Shown here piece by piece: positions 1-9,910 of a DNA stretch of 64,000 bases (its first letter is position 1; each line of letters starts with the position of its first letter). The position numbers were made by a program, and so were the translations under genes. The notes beneath the pieces are model-generated. The model saw only the letters and a program-made list of their open reading frames with translations. It was not told where the DNA came from and made no database searches. The stretch covers positions 11,948 through 75,947 of the forward strand of contig DATJWN010000361.1 in NCBI GenBank assembly GCA_035501235.1. The letters are read 5' to 3'. The DNA is from Reyranella sp. GTDB lineage: Bacteria; Pseudomonadota; Alphaproteobacteria; Reyranellales; Reyranellaceae.

Positions 1-1008
1 CTGCCACGGGAAGGCGTAGGTCGACTCGACCTTCTTGGCCGCGCCATCGATCGCGGCCTGGGCATCGCCCACCTGGTTGCCGACGAAGGCCTCGGTCGCG
101 CCCAGCCCTTCCTTCAGCATCGCCGTGATGTCGCTCTGCTGGACGTCGCCGAGCTTGCCCACATCCCATTCTACGGGCAGCGAGGCGAGGGCCGTGCGCG
201 CACTCCAGTAGGTGTCGGCGATGACGACCACGGCGTTGTTGTCGATCGACACGACCTTCTTGACGCCGGGCATCTTCTCGACCTTGGCGGCATCGAAGCT
301 CTTGAGCTTGCCGCCGATCACCGGGCAGGCCTTGACGGCCGCCGTCAGCATGCCCGGCAGCTTCATGTCGATGCCGTAGATCTCCTTGCCGGTGATCTTG
401 GGCATGGTGTCGAGACGATGGATCGGCTTGCCGACGAGCTTCCAGTCCTTGGGGTCCTTGAGCTTCACTTCCTTGGGCGGGTCGATCTTCGCGGCCGCCG
501 CCGCGAGATGGCCGTAGCCGAGCTTCTTGCCCGACTTGTGCGTCACGAAGCTGTTGGCCGCCGTGCATTCCGCCGCCGGGACCTTCCACTCCGCCGCCGC
601 CGCCGCGATCAGCATCTCGCGCGCCATCGCGCCGCCCTCTCGGACATATTGATGGCTCGTGCGGATGCCGCGGCTGCCGCCGGTCGAGAAGTCCTTCCAT
701 ACCCGGCCACGCCGCAGGTTCTCGCCGGGCGTCGGATATTCCGTTGTGACCTTGCTCCAGTCGCACTCGAGTTCCTCGGCGACGAGCTGCGCCAGACCGG
801 TGAGCGTGCCCTGCCCCATCTCGGAGCGCGCGATGCGGATCACTACCTTGTCGTCGGGATGGATCACCACCCAGGCGTTGATCTCCTCGACCTCAGCGGC
901 CTGCGCTTCGCCGAGAGGAAGGCGCATGCCGAGCGAGAAGCCGCCAGCGACAGCAGCACCGCTGACCAGAAAGTTGCGGCGACGAAGAGAGCGTTGATGG
1001 ATCGTCAT
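1..1008 (-). CDS. iorB: Xanthine dehydrogenase-family molybdopterin-binding subunit (isoquinoline 1-oxidoreductase beta-like), runs off the window edge
   Basis: Manual translation from ATG at 1008: MTIHQRSLRRRNFLVSGAAVAGGFSLG (Tat-like), then NAWVVIHPDDKVVIRIARSEMGQGTLTGLAQLVAEELECDW and STGGSRGIR; frame open to base 1; follows the 2Fe-2S subunit. Confidence 0.9.
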   Translation of the reverse strand, partial: MTIHQRSLRRRNFLVSGAAVAGGFSLGMRLPLGEAQAAEVEEINAWVVIHPDDKVVIRIARSEMGQGTLTGLAQLVAEELECDWSKVTTEYPTPGENLRRGRVWKDFSTGGSRGIRTSHQYVREGGAMAREMLIAAAAAEWKVPAAECTAANSFVTHKSGKKLGYGHLAAAAAKIDPPKEVKLKDPKDWKLVGKPIHRLDTMPKITGKEIYGIDMKLPGMLTAAVKACPVIGGKLKSFDAAKVEKMPGVKKVVSIDNNAVVVIADTYWSARTALASLPVEWDVGKLGDVQQSDITAMLKEGLGATEAFVGNQVGDAQAAIDGAAKKVESTYAFPWQ

Positions 1009-1019
1009 CTTGCCCTCCC

Positions 1020-1472
1020 TCACGCCTTGGCCGCGGCGTTGTGGATCGCCTCGCGCACCTGCTTGTAGGTGCCGCAGCGGCAGATGTTGGTCATCGCCGC
1101 GTCGATCTCGGCATCGGTCGGCTTGGGCTTGGCGGCAAGCAGCGCCGTCGCCGCCATGATCATGCCGCTCTGGCAATAGCCGCACTGGGGCACGTCGATA
1201 TCGAGCCACGCCTGCTGGACCTTGTTCAGCTTGCCGTCCTGGGCGAGGCCTTCGATGGTCGTGATCTTCTTGCCGCTCGCCTGCGAGAGCGGCACCTGGC
1301 AGGAGCGCGTCGCCACGCCGTCGATGTGGACGGTGCACGCCCCACATTGGGCGATGCCGCAGCCATACTTGGTGCCGGTGAGCCCCAGCGTGTCGCGCAG
1401 CACCCAGAGCAGCGGCGTGCGCGGATCGGCGTTCGCCTGCAGCGACTTTCCGTTGACGTTGAGCACGGCCAT
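1020..1472 (-). CDS. iorA: (2Fe-2S)-binding small subunit of aldehyde/isoquinoline oxidoreductase
   Basis: [17 protein letters not shown] and QCGYCQSG...NICRCGTY iron-sulfur motifs. Confidence 0.93.
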   Translation of the reverse strand: MAVLNVNGKSLQANADPRTPLLWVLRDTLGLTGTKYGCGIAQCGACTVHIDGVATRSCQVPLSQASGKKITTIEGLAQDGKLNKVQQAWLDIDVPQCGYCQSGMIMAATALLAAKPKPTDAEIDAAMTNICRCGTYKQVREAIHNAAAKA

Positions 1473-1575
1473 GACGAACTCCCAAGGAGAGCGTTATCCG
1501 GAAACGGGATAACCGTACCTCGCCGGGTCGCCTGCGTCTTGGGGCCGCCTCGTCACGGCTGCGTGAGGGAGCCCC

Positions 1576-2904
1576 TCACGCGATGCATGCCTCGAATACG
1601 CGGCGGTAATTGCCGCCCAGAAGCTTGGAGATTTCAGCGGGCTTGAAGCGCGAGGACAGGGCGGCAGCGAGTTGCGGCAGATCGGCATAGCTCGGCAAGC
1701 AGCTTGGGCCCAGGAGGCCCAACTGATCGGTGCCCATGCCGACGTGATCGATGCCAACGGCGTCGACCATGCGGGAGATGTGGTCAGCATAGGAACTGAC
1801 ATTGGCCACCTCGGCCACGGGCCAGATGCCAATGACGCCGCCGGTCGAGGCGATGGCGCGGGCGTGGTCCGTCGTGATCAGCCGCGTCCAGGGATAGGGC
1901 CGGTTGCTGAGCGCGGTGTGCGACAGGACCAGCGGCTTGGCCGTCGTGGCGACGGCGCGCTTCACCAGATCGAAGGTGCCGTGCGCCACGTCGACCACGA
2001 TGCCGAGCGTATTGCAGCGGCGGATCACTTCGGCGCCGAAATCGGTCAAGCCACCGTGCACGGCGGGCTCGGTCTGGATGTCGCCGAGCTCGTTGGGGTG
2101 ATAGTGCGTCAGTTGCAACTGGCGAAGCTGCCAGCGCTGATAGGCCTCGTCGAGGCGTTCGATCTTGCCCTCGAGCCAGTCACCGCCTTCGGAAGTCACG
2201 ATCACCGACGGCTGGCTCGACCGCGCCACGCGCAGATCGGCCGCCGTCTTCACGATCGGCATCGACTGGCTGCGGGCAAGCTCGTGCAGCTTGGCGAACT
2301 GGACCTTGCTGAAATCGTAGAGCTCACCCGGGTGGGGCTCGCGGACAGGCCGAATACGTCCGCTCTTGGAGCTGATGATCGGCGAGTCGCCCACGATCGC
2401 CAGGCAAATCGCCGACAGGCCGCCTTGGCGCATTGGAGTCGCCACATCGAGCAGGGGAATCTTGCTGCTGTAGCTGGCGCGGATCAGGTTGCCGGCATGG
2501 CTGTGGATGTCGGCGGCCATGCCGTCGGTCGCTTGCGCGAGCGCCGGCACGGGCAGGCAGAGGAGCGGGCTGGCCGCCAGCACGGCGCGGCGCGAGAGGC
2601 CAGGCAGCAGCTCGGCGGCGAGGAGCTGGTAGCGCCAGCCCTCCGGATCGGTCGCGACATGCCATCTGCCCTTGAGGCGCACCCGGCCGTCGCCGAGCTT
2701 GATCGGCCGGCCGGCCACGATCTCGACGACGGCGAGCGGATTGTTCGGCACGCAGCCCGCGCAGCAGCCGGGCTCGGCCATCAGCAGGAAATGGTCAGCC
2801 GCCGGCGTGGGCAGGACCGTGACCGGCCAACCCGAGATCTCGACTGTCCTGCCCTCGACCCTGTCGGCCTTCGACGTTCCAAGGTCATGCCACGACAGGC
2901 GCAT
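1576..2904 (-). CDS. Membrane dipeptidase (peptidase M19) with an extra N-terminal Cys-rich DUF3299-like domain and an internal Tat-like segment
   Basis: M19 motifs DIHSH, SEGGD, LTHYHPNELGD, VDVAH, SHTA, DHVGMGTD, KLLGGNYRRVF; N-terminal 100 aa with FLLMAEPGCCAGCVP, then LSRRAVLAASPLLCLPVPALAQ. Confidence 0.85.
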   Translation of the reverse strand: MRLSWHDLGTSKADRVEGRTVEISGWPVTVLPTPAADHFLLMAEPGCCAGCVPNNPLAVVEIVAGRPIKLGDGRVRLKGRWHVATDPEGWRYQLLAAELLPGLSRRAVLAASPLLCLPVPALAQATDGMAADIHSHAGNLIRASYSSKIPLLDVATPMRQGGLSAICLAIVGDSPIISSKSGRIRPVREPHPGELYDFSKVQFAKLHELARSQSMPIVKTAADLRVARSSQPSVIVTSEGGDWLEGKIERLDEAYQRWQLRQLQLTHYHPNELGDIQTEPAVHGGLTDFGAEVIRRCNTLGIVVDVAHGTFDLVKRAVATTAKPLVLSHTALSNRPYPWTRLITTDHARAIASTGGVIGIWPVAEVANVSSYADHISRMVDAVGIDHVGMGTDQLGLLGPSCLPSYADLPQLAAALSSRFKPAEISKLLGGNYRRVFEACIA

Positions 2905-2913
2905 CGGCTCCCC

Positions 2914-3975
2914 CTAAAGCTTGGGGGGCGGATAGTACGGCTTTTCCCCCAGGGCTTGCACGCGCTGCCAGAAGCCGGGCCCGCTTGCCTTGCCGACCTC
3001 GTCGAGATCGGCGGCCTGCCGCCACATGCTCCACGATTCCGGATGAAGCGCACTCGCTTCATCCATCTGGCGATCGCCCTCGACCGTGTTGCCATGCAAG
3101 CGCAGCCAGACGCCCAGCCTGAACCGCGCCCGCGCCTCGGCGATCGCGGGCGTCACCTCGGGCAGACGCTCGCGCACCTCGCCTTCATCGAGTGCGTATT
3201 TGCCGGTCGTCACCCAGGCGCGCACGGCATTGAGATAGGCCTCGCGTGCCGCCTGACGCGCCGCCTGGTCCTCCGGCGACATGGTCCGCGTCTTGAGATC
3301 CATGCGGCGGAAGTGATCGGTCGAGCCCGCCGTCTCGGGCGGCCGCACGATCTTGCCGCCCTCGTCGATCCAGATCGCCTGCGGCACGTTCACGAGATTG
3401 TAGAGATCTTCCAGCCGGTGCTCGACGTCGATCAGCTGCCAGTACTCGGACTTGGCGGCATCGATCCATTGCCGCGCATGGTCCGCGCCGCGGCTTTCCT
3501 CCGCGACGGCCACCACCATGAAGTTCTTGTCCTTGAGCTCGCCGTAGAGTTGCTGCCACACGGGCAAGTCAAACCGGCAGCCTCACCAACTGGCCCAGGT
3601 GGCGACGAAGACCTTCTTGCCCCTGAGCTGCGACAGCGTGCGCGGCACGCCGTCGATGTCGGGCAAGGTGAAGTCAGGTGCCTCGCGATCCTTCAGCGCC
3701 GCATTGCGCTCGTCGGGCGGCGCGCCCAGAGCCCACACGTCGCGATCCTGATTGGAGACGGCGGGTCCGCCGAGCTTGTGCCAGAAGGCCGCGACATCGA
3801 CCTCGTCACCCGCCACCGCCGATGGTGGCAGCGGCACGCAGAGCTCGTCGCGGCACATGCCTTCGGGCTTGAGCGTCCAGCCGGTCACCTTCTCCGCATC
3901 GGCCGCCTTCATCCAGAGGCCGTGGCGCGTGGCGACCGTGAACTCTTCGGTCGGGGTGAGAATTGTCGTCGTCAT
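2914..3975 (-). CDS. TlpA/AhpC-TSA-like redoxin, probable selenoprotein (in-frame TGA at 3585-3583 read as Sec), 353 aa
   Basis: ORFs 3583..3975 and 2914..3567 are in the same frame: APDFTLPDIDG...LRGKKVFVATWASW-TGA-GCRFDLPVWQQLY...FMVVAVA. The TGA occupies the first Cys position of the thioredoxin-fold active site. Confidence 0.78.
3537..3582 (-). promoter_or_regulatory. Candidate bacterial SECIS hairpin immediately 3' of the in-frame UGA
   Basis: Hand-folded: UUGCC/GGCAG upper stem closing a CGUGU loop that starts 21 nt after UGA with G at loop position 2; lower pairing UUG/CAA and UGCC/GGCG. An alternative GCUGCC/GGCAGC stem also exists. Confidence 0.5.
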
Positions 3976-4248
3976 GCAGCGACCCTAGCTGAAGCCGGCG
4001 GCGATTGTCATGTCGGGGCCGGCCCCGTTAAAAAAACGGAAAAATATTCAAACGACCCCAGCGCACTAGCGCTAACTGCGCTAACCGCCCCGTCGCCGCA
4101 GTCGATCTGCCCGTCATTGAACCGCCATCGGTAGCGCCTCCAGCGGCCCCGGCATCATCGCCGGACCCGCTTCGTCTTCCGAGAAAGTACATTTACAATA
4201 AACCAACGGTCGACGCAAGCGCCCTCCCGAGCGCCTGCCCGACGACCG

Positions 4249-5880
4249 CTATTTGGGAACGGAGATCGTCACTTCCTTGGAGGTGATGAACTCCAGCAGC
4301 ACGGGCACGCCCTTCCTGGTCTGCTCAATGCCGCGCTTGATCGCCGGAACGATGTCCTCGGGCTTGGTCACCCGCTCGCCATAGCCGCCGAAGGCGCGCG
4401 CCATGGCGGCATAGTCGCCGGAGATATCGGTGCTGCGATACTTCTCGGTCGACACCTTCATGATGTGAAGCTCGATCGCCATCGAGAAGTTGTTGAGCAG
4501 GATCGACATGATCGGGATGCGCTCGCGCACCGCGGTCTCGAAATCCATGCCGGTGAAGCCGATGGCGGCGTCACCCCACACGTTGATGCAGAGCTTGTCG
4601 GGCATGGCGAGCTTGGCGCCCATGGCGAGGCCGAGGCCGTAGCCCAGTTGCGTGGTCTTGCCCCAGCCGATGTAGGTGTGCGGCTGCGTCGTCTTCCAGA
4701 ATGGCGAGAGCTGATCGCGCGGAGAGCCGGCATCGTGGGTGATGATCGTATTCGCGACATCGACCGTGTGCTGCAGGTCCCACAGGACGCGATAGGGATT
4801 GAGCGGCGCCTCGTTGTTGGTGAGCTTGGGCATCCACTCCTTCAGCCACTCGTCCGCGATCTGCTTGATCTCGGCCGCAACGGGAGCCGCGTCGCGCTTC
4901 TTGGCACCTGCCGCCTTGCACGCCTCCACCAGCGCCGCGAGCGTCAGCTTGGCGTCGCCCACCAGCCCGTACTTGATCTTCACGTCCTTGTTGAGATGCG
5001 CGGGATCGAGCGTGGCATGGATGATCGTCTTACCCGCCGGCATGGAGATGCCGAAGTTGGTCTCGGTGAAGGAGCAGCCGATGCCCAGGATCACGTCAGA
5101 CCGGTCGAGGAAGGAACGCACCGCCTTCGGATAGGCGCGGCCGCCCGATCCGAGCGACAGGGGATGGGTCTCGTCGAAGCAGCTCTTGCCCTCGAGGCTG
5201 GTGCAGACCGGAATGGCCAGCATCTCGGCGAGCTCCTTCAGCTCGGCATAGGCCTCGGCCCAGTGCACGCCCTGGCCCGCATAGATGACCGGCCGCTTGG
5301 CCTCCATCAGCACCTTGGCCGCTTCCTTCACCGCCGCCGGATCGGGCCCGTACTTGGTGACGACCACAGGCTCGTAGTTCAACGGATCGGGCGCGTCCTC
5401 GGCATAGGCGTCGTTGGGCAGCTCGATGATCACCGGCGAGCCGCGGCCGTTGCGCAGCAGGCTGAACGCCCGGCGCATGATGTTGGCGATTTCCTTGCCG
5501 TTCGTGATCGGCTCCGCATGCTTGGCGACATGCGCCATGGCGAGCGTCGAGTTGAAATTGGGCGGCACGTGCGCGATGCGGCGCGGATAGCCTTGCGGGA
5601 TCACCAGCAGCGGGATCGATTCGCCATAGGCCTGGGCGATACCGCCATAGGCGTTCTCCGAACCCGGGCCGCTCTGCATGCAGAACACGCCCATCTTGCG
5701 GCCCTTGGTGAGGCGCGACATGGCATCGGCCATGTGCAGGCCGATGCGCTCCTGGCGCACGATGATCGGCCGGATGTCGACGGCCGCGCAGGCCTCGATC
5801 AGATGGTTGACCGGATAGGCGAAGAGATATTCGACGCCTTCCTTCTTGAGAATGTCGGCGATCGCCGGTCCGGTTTTCAT
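4249..5880 (-). CDS. Thiamine pyrophosphate-dependent enzyme (acetolactate synthase-like family)
   Basis: RQERIGLHMAD, QSGPG and the TPP-binding WGDAAIGF...LLNN motif; 543 aa. Confidence 0.92.
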   Translation of the reverse strand: MKTGPAIADILKKEGVEYLFAYPVNHLIEACAAVDIRPIIVRQERIGLHMADAMSRLTKGRKMGVFCMQSGPGSENAYGGIAQAYGESIPLLVIPQGYPRRIAHVPPNFNSTLAMAHVAKHAEPITNGKEIANIMRRAFSLLRNGRGSPVIIELPNDAYAEDAPDPLNYEPVVVTKYGPDPAAVKEAAKVLMEAKRPVIYAGQGVHWAEAYAELKELAEMLAIPVCTSLEGKSCFDETHPLSLGSGGRAYPKAVRSFLDRSDVILGIGCSFTETNFGISMPAGKTIIHATLDPAHLNKDVKIKYGLVGDAKLTLAALVEACKAAGAKKRDAAPVAAEIKQIADEWLKEWMPKLTNNEAPLNPYRVLWDLQHTVDVANTIITHDAGSPRDQLSPFWKTTQPHTYIGWGKTTQLGYGLGLAMGAKLAMPDKLCINVWGDAAIGFTGMDFETAVRERIPIMSILLNNFSMAIELHIMKVSTEKYRSTDISGDYAAMARAFGGYGERVTKPEDIVPAIKRGIEQTRKGVPVLLEFITSKEVTISVPK

Positions 5881-5916
5881 TTTGCTTCCTCCTTTGCGCG
5901 GTTATCGCCGCTATTC

Positions 5917-6213
5917 TTAGTTCGAGCGCGATATGTCGGGACGACCTGAAATAAGATCGGCGTCAGCAATCATCGCTTCGCGCACTCCTGTCACTACTCG
6001 ATGCACCTTAGTCGTTTCAATGAAGAGTGCGTACCCGTCCGGCCCTTCGCCTTCGTCGGTGTAGATTGCTTGAGATATGGCGGGCTGAAAGCCTTCCGCT
6101 TGAAACCTCAAGAGATAAAACGGCGGCTTGCTAAACCCCGAATCCGATACTCGAACACCGCGCCGATTCAACTCTTGTTTGAGGTAGTGGAAGTAAGAGG
6201 TATCCGGCAACAT
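5917..6213 (-). CDS. Hypothetical protein, about 98 aa, lower GC
   Basis: Open frame with GAAAGGAA ribosome-binding site before ATG 6213 (MLPDTSYFHYLKQ...); AT-richer codons than the flanks; no recognised domain. Confidence 0.45.
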   Translation of the reverse strand: MLPDTSYFHYLKQELNRRGVRVSDSGFSKPPFYLLRFQAEGFQPAISQAIYTDEGEGPDGYALFIETTKVHRVVTGVREAMIADADLISGRPDISRSN

Positions 6214-6283
6214 TCGGCAGTTCCTTTCGGTGCTGCGCACTTTTTCGGAATGCGCCAATCAACGAGCCTTTGGCATGAGCCAC

Positions 6284-7465
6284 TTACTTGTTGAGTTCCT
6301 TCATCGCGCTGTCTAGGCCACCCAGAGTGAGCGGGAACATGCGGTTGGATGAAAGCTGCTGCAGCAGCTGGATCGACGGCGTGTAGCTCCAGTGCCGCTC
6401 CGGCACCGGGTTGAGCCACACCATCGACCGGTAGGTATCCGCCATGCGCTGGACCCAGACCTGGCCCGCCTCCTCGTTCCAGTGCTCCACCGAGCCGCCG
6501 GGATAGGCGATCTCGTAGGGAGACATCGAGGCGTCGCCGACGAAGATGATCTTGTAGTCGGGCGGAAAGGTGTTCATCAGCTGCGCCGTCGGATAGGTGT
6601 CGACGTGGCGCCGGCGATTGTCCTTCCACAGCTTCTCGTAGAGACAATTGTGGAAGTAGAAGAACTCGAGGTGCTTGAACTCGGTGCGCGCCGCCGAGAA
6701 CAGTTCCTCGCAGACGCGGATATGCGCGTCCATCGAGCCGCCTATATCGAACAGCAGCAAAAGCTTCACCTTGTTGCGCCGCTCGGGGATCATCTTGATG
6801 TCGAGATAGCCCGCGTTGCGCGCCGTCGCGCGGATCGTGTCGGGCATGTCGAGCTCGACCTCGGCGCCCTCGCGCGCGAACTTGCGCAGCCGGCGCAGCG
6901 CGATCTTGATGTTGCGCGTGCCGATCTCGACCGTGTCGTCGAGGTTCTTGTACTCGCGCTTGTCCCACACCTTCACGGCGCGGCCTTCGCGATTCTTGTC
7001 CTGACCGATGCGCACGCCTTCGGGATTGAAGCCATAGGCGCCGAACGGCGAGGTGCCGGCCGTGCCGATCCACTTCGAGCCACCCTGGTGGCGCTTCTGC
7101 TGTTCCTCGAGACGCTTCTTCAGCGTCTCCATGATCTTCTCCCAGCCGCCCAGCGCCTCGATCTGCGCCTTCTCCTCGTCGGTCAGCAGCTTCTCGGCGA
7201 GCTTGCGCAGCCACTCCTCGGGAATCTCGGCCGTGGTGCCCTCGCCCGCCGGCGCTTCGAGGCCCTTGAAGACGTGGCCGAACACCTTGTCGAACTTGTC
7301 GAGGTTGCGTTCGTCCTTCACCAGGATGGAGCGCGACAGATAGTAGAAGTCGTCGATCGAATAGTCGGCGACGTGGCGGTCCATCGCCTCCATCAGCGCC
7401 AGGTACTCCTTGATGGAGACCGGCACCTTGGCCGAACGCAGCTCGAGGAAGAAGTTGGTGAACAT
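6284..7465 (-). CDS. VWA domain-containing protein (CoxE-like partner of MoxR ATPase)
   Basis: MIDAS-like LFDIGGSMD, YFHNC, IFVGDASMSPYEI; directly after the MoxR ATPase. Confidence 0.9.
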   Translation of the reverse strand: MFTNFFLELRSAKVPVSIKEYLALMEAMDRHVADYSIDDFYYLSRSILVKDERNLDKFDKVFGHVFKGLEAPAGEGTTAEIPEEWLRKLAEKLLTDEEKAQIEALGGWEKIMETLKKRLEEQQKRHQGGSKWIGTAGTSPFGAYGFNPEGVRIGQDKNREGRAVKVWDKREYKNLDDTVEIGTRNIKIALRRLRKFAREGAEVELDMPDTIRATARNAGYLDIKMIPERRNKVKLLLLFDIGGSMDAHIRVCEELFSAARTEFKHLEFFYFHNCLYEKLWKDNRRRHVDTYPTAQLMNTFPPDYKIIFVGDASMSPYEIAYPGGSVEHWNEEAGQVWVQRMADTYRSMVWLNPVPERHWSYTPSIQLLQQLSSNRMFPLTLGGLDSAMKELNK

Positions 7466-7490
7466 GGGGCGTTCCCCTTGACCTAGGGTC

Positions 7491-8339
<849 letters not shown>

Positions 8340-8416
8340 GGTGCAAAATCCAGGTTCACGTGGGTGTCACCCAACCCTAGAGGCGCCCCACCCGGCCCAC
8401 AAGGCCGGTCACCCGC

Positions 8417-9118
8417 TCACCCGCCCAGGTGCACGATGCCGTAAACAGCAGCGGCCGAGACCGCTAGCAGCACCAACGCGAGCCAGCCGGAAGCAAACGC
8501 CAAGGTCGGCGCGGCCTCGCCGGAGGGCACGACATGATCGTGTGGCTTGCGGCCGGTGATCATGGCGCCGATCAGGTTCTGGCGCTTCCACACGAGATAG
8601 ACGAGCGCCGCCAGGACGTGCAGCGCGACCAGCACGAGCAGCAGGTTGATCCAGAGATGATGGATCTTCGTCGCCTGGTCGATGAACTTGTCCGAGGCCA
8701 GCCGTGTGAGGGGGCCGCTGACCGTGCCTTCGTCCGTATCGGCGGAGAAGAAGCCGGTGAGGACCTGAAGCAGGGTGGCGAAGATCAGCACCAGCACCAT
8801 CGCCGCGCCCGCCGGATTGTGGCCCGCGTCATGCGGTCCGTCCTTGCCGAGAAGCTCGCGCAGATGGGCGATCGCCGCCGCCGGCCCCCTGACGAAATGC
8901 GTGAAGCGCGCCGTCGTGCTGCCGACGAAGCCCCACAGGATGCGAAAAATCAGCAAGGTGAGGATTCCGTAACCGGACCAGAAGTGAAACTTCATCCAGT
9001 CCCCGCCGGCCCGGCCGGTGACGTAGGACACCACCATCAGCGTCACGAGGGTCCAATGGAACAAGCGTACGGGTAGGTCCCATACCCGGATCGTCCCACC
9101 TTGGCTGTCTCGCTGCAT
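8417..9118 (-). CDS. Cytochrome b/b6 domain membrane protein (hydrogenase cytochrome b-like)
   Basis: VWDLPVRLFHW, GHNPAG, four transmembrane helices with heme-ligand His; divergent from cytochrome c'. Confidence 0.88.
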   Translation of the reverse strand: MQRDSQGGTIRVWDLPVRLFHWTLVTLMVVSYVTGRAGGDWMKFHFWSGYGILTLLIFRILWGFVGSTTARFTHFVRGPAAAIAHLRELLGKDGPHDAGHNPAGAAMVLVLIFATLLQVLTGFFSADTDEGTVSGPLTRLASDKFIDQATKIHHLWINLLLVLVALHVLAALVYLVWKRQNLIGAMITGRKPHDHVVPSGEAAPTLAFASGWLALVLLAVSAAAVYGIVHLGG

Positions 9119-9260
9119 GTGCCGGGTCCTCGTTGTTCAAACGTCTCTACACGCAGACGTGAGGAATTATTCCTTCGGCCGCCGCACGTTCTCTGCGACA
9201 AATACCGGGCCGGCGCCGCGGAAGCCATCGCCGGGGAGACCAAAAACCAAGGGATGGTAC

Positions 9261-9719
9261 ATGAGGAAGAAAGCACTCGTTGCGGCGGTGATTGGCGCTC
9301 TGACTGCCGGTGCCCTGGTGGGCGGCACGACGATCGCGCTGGCGCAGGCCGATATCATCAAGACCCGTATCGACAACCGCAAGGCCACCGGTCCGCTGAT
9401 GCGCGAGATCAAGGCCACGGTCGATGCCAAGGGCGATGCCAAGAAGATCGTCGAGAACGCGGCGAAGCTGAAGACCCTCGAAGAGGCCTTCGACAAGATG
9501 TTCCCCGCGGGATCCGACAAGGGCGAGACGCATGCGCTGCCGGCCATCTGGACGGACACCGCGGGCTGGGCCGCCGCGACCAAGGCCGCGAACGACGCCT
9601 ATGATGCACTCGCCGTCGCCGCGGGTTCGGGCGACTACGACAAGATCGGCCCGGCCTTCGCCAATGTCGGCAAGGCATGCGGCGGCTGCCACACCAAGTT
9701 CCGCGCCAAGCTCAACTAG
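9261..9719 (+). CDS. Cytochrome c' / c556 (class II cytochrome c)
   Basis: Signal peptide MRKKALVAAVIGALT...ALAQ, ALPAIW, C-terminal CGGCHTKFR heme motif. Confidence 0.92.
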   Translation: MRKKALVAAVIGALTAGALVGGTTIALAQADIIKTRIDNRKATGPLMREIKATVDAKGDAKKIVENAAKLKTLEEAFDKMFPAGSDKGETHALPAIWTDTAGWAAATKAANDAYDALAVAAGSGDYDKIGPAFANVGKACGGCHTKFRAKLN

Positions 9720-9738
9720 GCGACGCTTCGGCAAAGAC

Positions 9739-9768
9739 AAAAGGCGACGGGTTTCCGTCGCCTTTTTT
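9739..9768. terminator. Bidirectional intrinsic terminator
   Basis: AAAAGGCGACGG-GTTT-CCGTCGCCTTTTTTT with A/T tracts on both sides, between convergent units. Confidence 0.85.
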
Positions 9769-9790
9769 TGTTGGCCCAAATTCGAACCCC

Positions 9791-9896
9791 AAAAGGGAAA
9801 GGCCGGTCGCTTGGGGAACGACCGGCCTTCCTGGGTGAGCCCGTGGCTGGGGTGGGTGGGTGAACGGCGACGGGGTGGGAAGGGAGTGTCGCCGTG
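9791..9896 (-). ncRNA. Candidate C-rich-loop small RNA, copy A (in the 3' UTR of tetR)
   Basis: Minus strand: ACGGCGAC[ACUCCCUUCCCACCCC]GUCGCCGU hairpin, C-rich linker, then GGAAGGCCGGUCG[UUCCCCAAG]CGACCGGCCUUUCC plus CUUUU. Confidence 0.5.
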
Positions 9897-9910
9897 GTGA
9901 CCTAAGTGAG

